A stretch of 64,000 bases of DNA from Lentihominibacter sp. (GTDB lineage Bacteria; Bacillota; Clostridia; Peptostreptococcales; Anaerovoracaceae). Both the position numbers and the translations under genes were made by a program. The stretch is taken from positions 7,284 to 71,283 of the forward strand of contig JBJESQ010000043.1 of the NCBI GenBank assembly GCA_051882875.1, read 5' to 3'. The notes beneath the pieces were generated by a model that saw nothing but the letters and a program-made list of their open reading frames with translations, did not search any database and was not told the origin of the DNA. Positions 63,065 through 64,000 of the stretch are shown one piece after another. The first letter of the stretch is position 1; each line of letters starts with the position of its first letter.

Positions 63065-64000
63065 ATGAAATATTATCTTGGAATTGACGGAGGCGGAACG
63101 AAGACAAAGTTCACCCTCTGTGACGAAAGCTTAAACAAGGTCAGTGAATACACGGGGCCCGGATGCCACTATCTTCAGGTGGGCTTTGATGGTCTGCAGG
63201 AGGTAATAAGCAGCGGTCTTAGGAAGGTGACCGCCGGAGGCAGGCACATTGAAACGAAGGATATTGCCTTTGCATTTGCGGGATGTGCAGGGTACGGAGA
63301 TGTGGCTGCAGATGCACCGCTAATAGGCGATGCGATAAAGAAGGGACTGGGGGGGATTCCATCCAGGGTGGGCAACGACTGCGAAAACGCTCTGGCGGGG
63401 GCTCTGGGGGACACTCCGGGAATCAATATAATTGCAGGCACCGGATCAGTGGGCTGCGGCAGAAACAGCCGAGGCGACTTCGCAAGGTGCGGCGGCTGGC
63501 ACCATGTGATGGGCGGTGACGAGGGAAGCGGCTACTGGATAAGCTGGAGCCTCCTTAAGGAATTCCAGCGCCAGAGCGACGGCCGGGATGCCCGAACCCT
63601 GCTTTACGAGGAAGTGCGCCGCGCCCTGGAGCTTAACACCGACGACGAAATTGTGACGAGGGTAGTGGGTCAATGGAATCTGGACAGAACGAAAATCGCC
63701 TCACTGGCACCTCTGGCTCTGGAGCTTTGCAATGCCGGAGACCCCCATGGGAAGGCAATACTGAAGGAGGCAGCGGTACAGCTTGCGGATTTCGCCTTCG
63801 CACTCTATGACCGGCTGGGATTTGACAGATCGGAAATCGTGCCATGCAGCGGCACCGGAGGGGTTTTCAGGATGGGAAGTCCTGTCACCGAGCCTTTTAG
63901 CGAGCTGCTGGCTTCAAAGGGCATGGAATACAAAGAGCCCATGTCCGAACCGGACATGGGCGCAGTAATGCTTGCTATGAAGTTCGCCAATCAGAAGGAG
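63065..64000 (+). CDS. BadF/BadG/BcrA/BcrD-type ATPase, N-acetylglucosamine-kinase-like (runs off the window; not in the ORF track)
   Basis: Manual translation gives MKYYLGIDGGGTKT...NDCENALAGA...INIIAGTGS...GGWHHVMGGDEGSGYWI, with no stop codon before 64000. Confidence 0.9.
   Translation, partial: MKYYLGIDGGGTKTKFTLCDESLNKVSEYTGPGCHYLQVGFDGLQEVISSGLRKVTAGGRHIETKDIAFAFAGCAGYGDVAADAPLIGDAIKKGLGGIPSRVGNDCENALAGALGDTPGINIIAGTGSVGCGRNSRGDFARCGGWHHVMGGDEGSGYWISWSLLKEFQRQSDGRDARTLLYEEVRRALELNTDDEIVTRVVGQWNLDRTKIASLAPLALELCNAGDPHGKAILKEAAVQLADFAFALYDRLGFDRSEIVPCSGTGGVFRMGSPVTEPFSELLASKGMEYKEPMSEPDMGAVMLAMKFANQKE

Overview
Low-to-mid GC anaerobic Bacillota-type DNA (a Clostridia/Eubacteriales origin is my inference). 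Bases 1-48.7 kb form a molybdenum/tungsten-cofactor island. It holds two AOR-family oxidoreductases with MoaD/ThiS, ThiF/MoeB and MobB-FdhD helpers, and a tandem duplication of a Mop-type aldehyde oxidoreductase module (Mop + Fe-S/flavin partner + small Cys protein). It also holds a partial TrsS-like radical SAM gene, a Crp/Fnr regulator and two paralogous uptake-like operons. Each uptake-like operon combines a FecCD-type ABC transporter, a MotA/ExbB-like channel with DUF2149, and several surface proteins carrying a sulfite-oxidase-like (Moco-binding fold) domain that seems to lack the catalytic Cys. By eye I found four Moco-family riboswitch aptamers. One sits above an uptake operon with OFF-type architecture. 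Three sit above the AOR operons with ON-type architecture, two of them in tandem. The lead hypothesis is an undescribed surface relay for scavenging intact Mo/W-pterin cofactor, coupled to cofactor-activated enzyme expression. The right 15 kb is mostly housekeeping (NlpC/P60, serS, glnA, UPF0182, HicAB, ybaK, pgeF, BadF-type kinase). Several non-coding palindromic repeat families occur, including a ~620-bp element present twice in inverted orientation about 30 kb apart. All family calls come from motif recognition; no searches were run.
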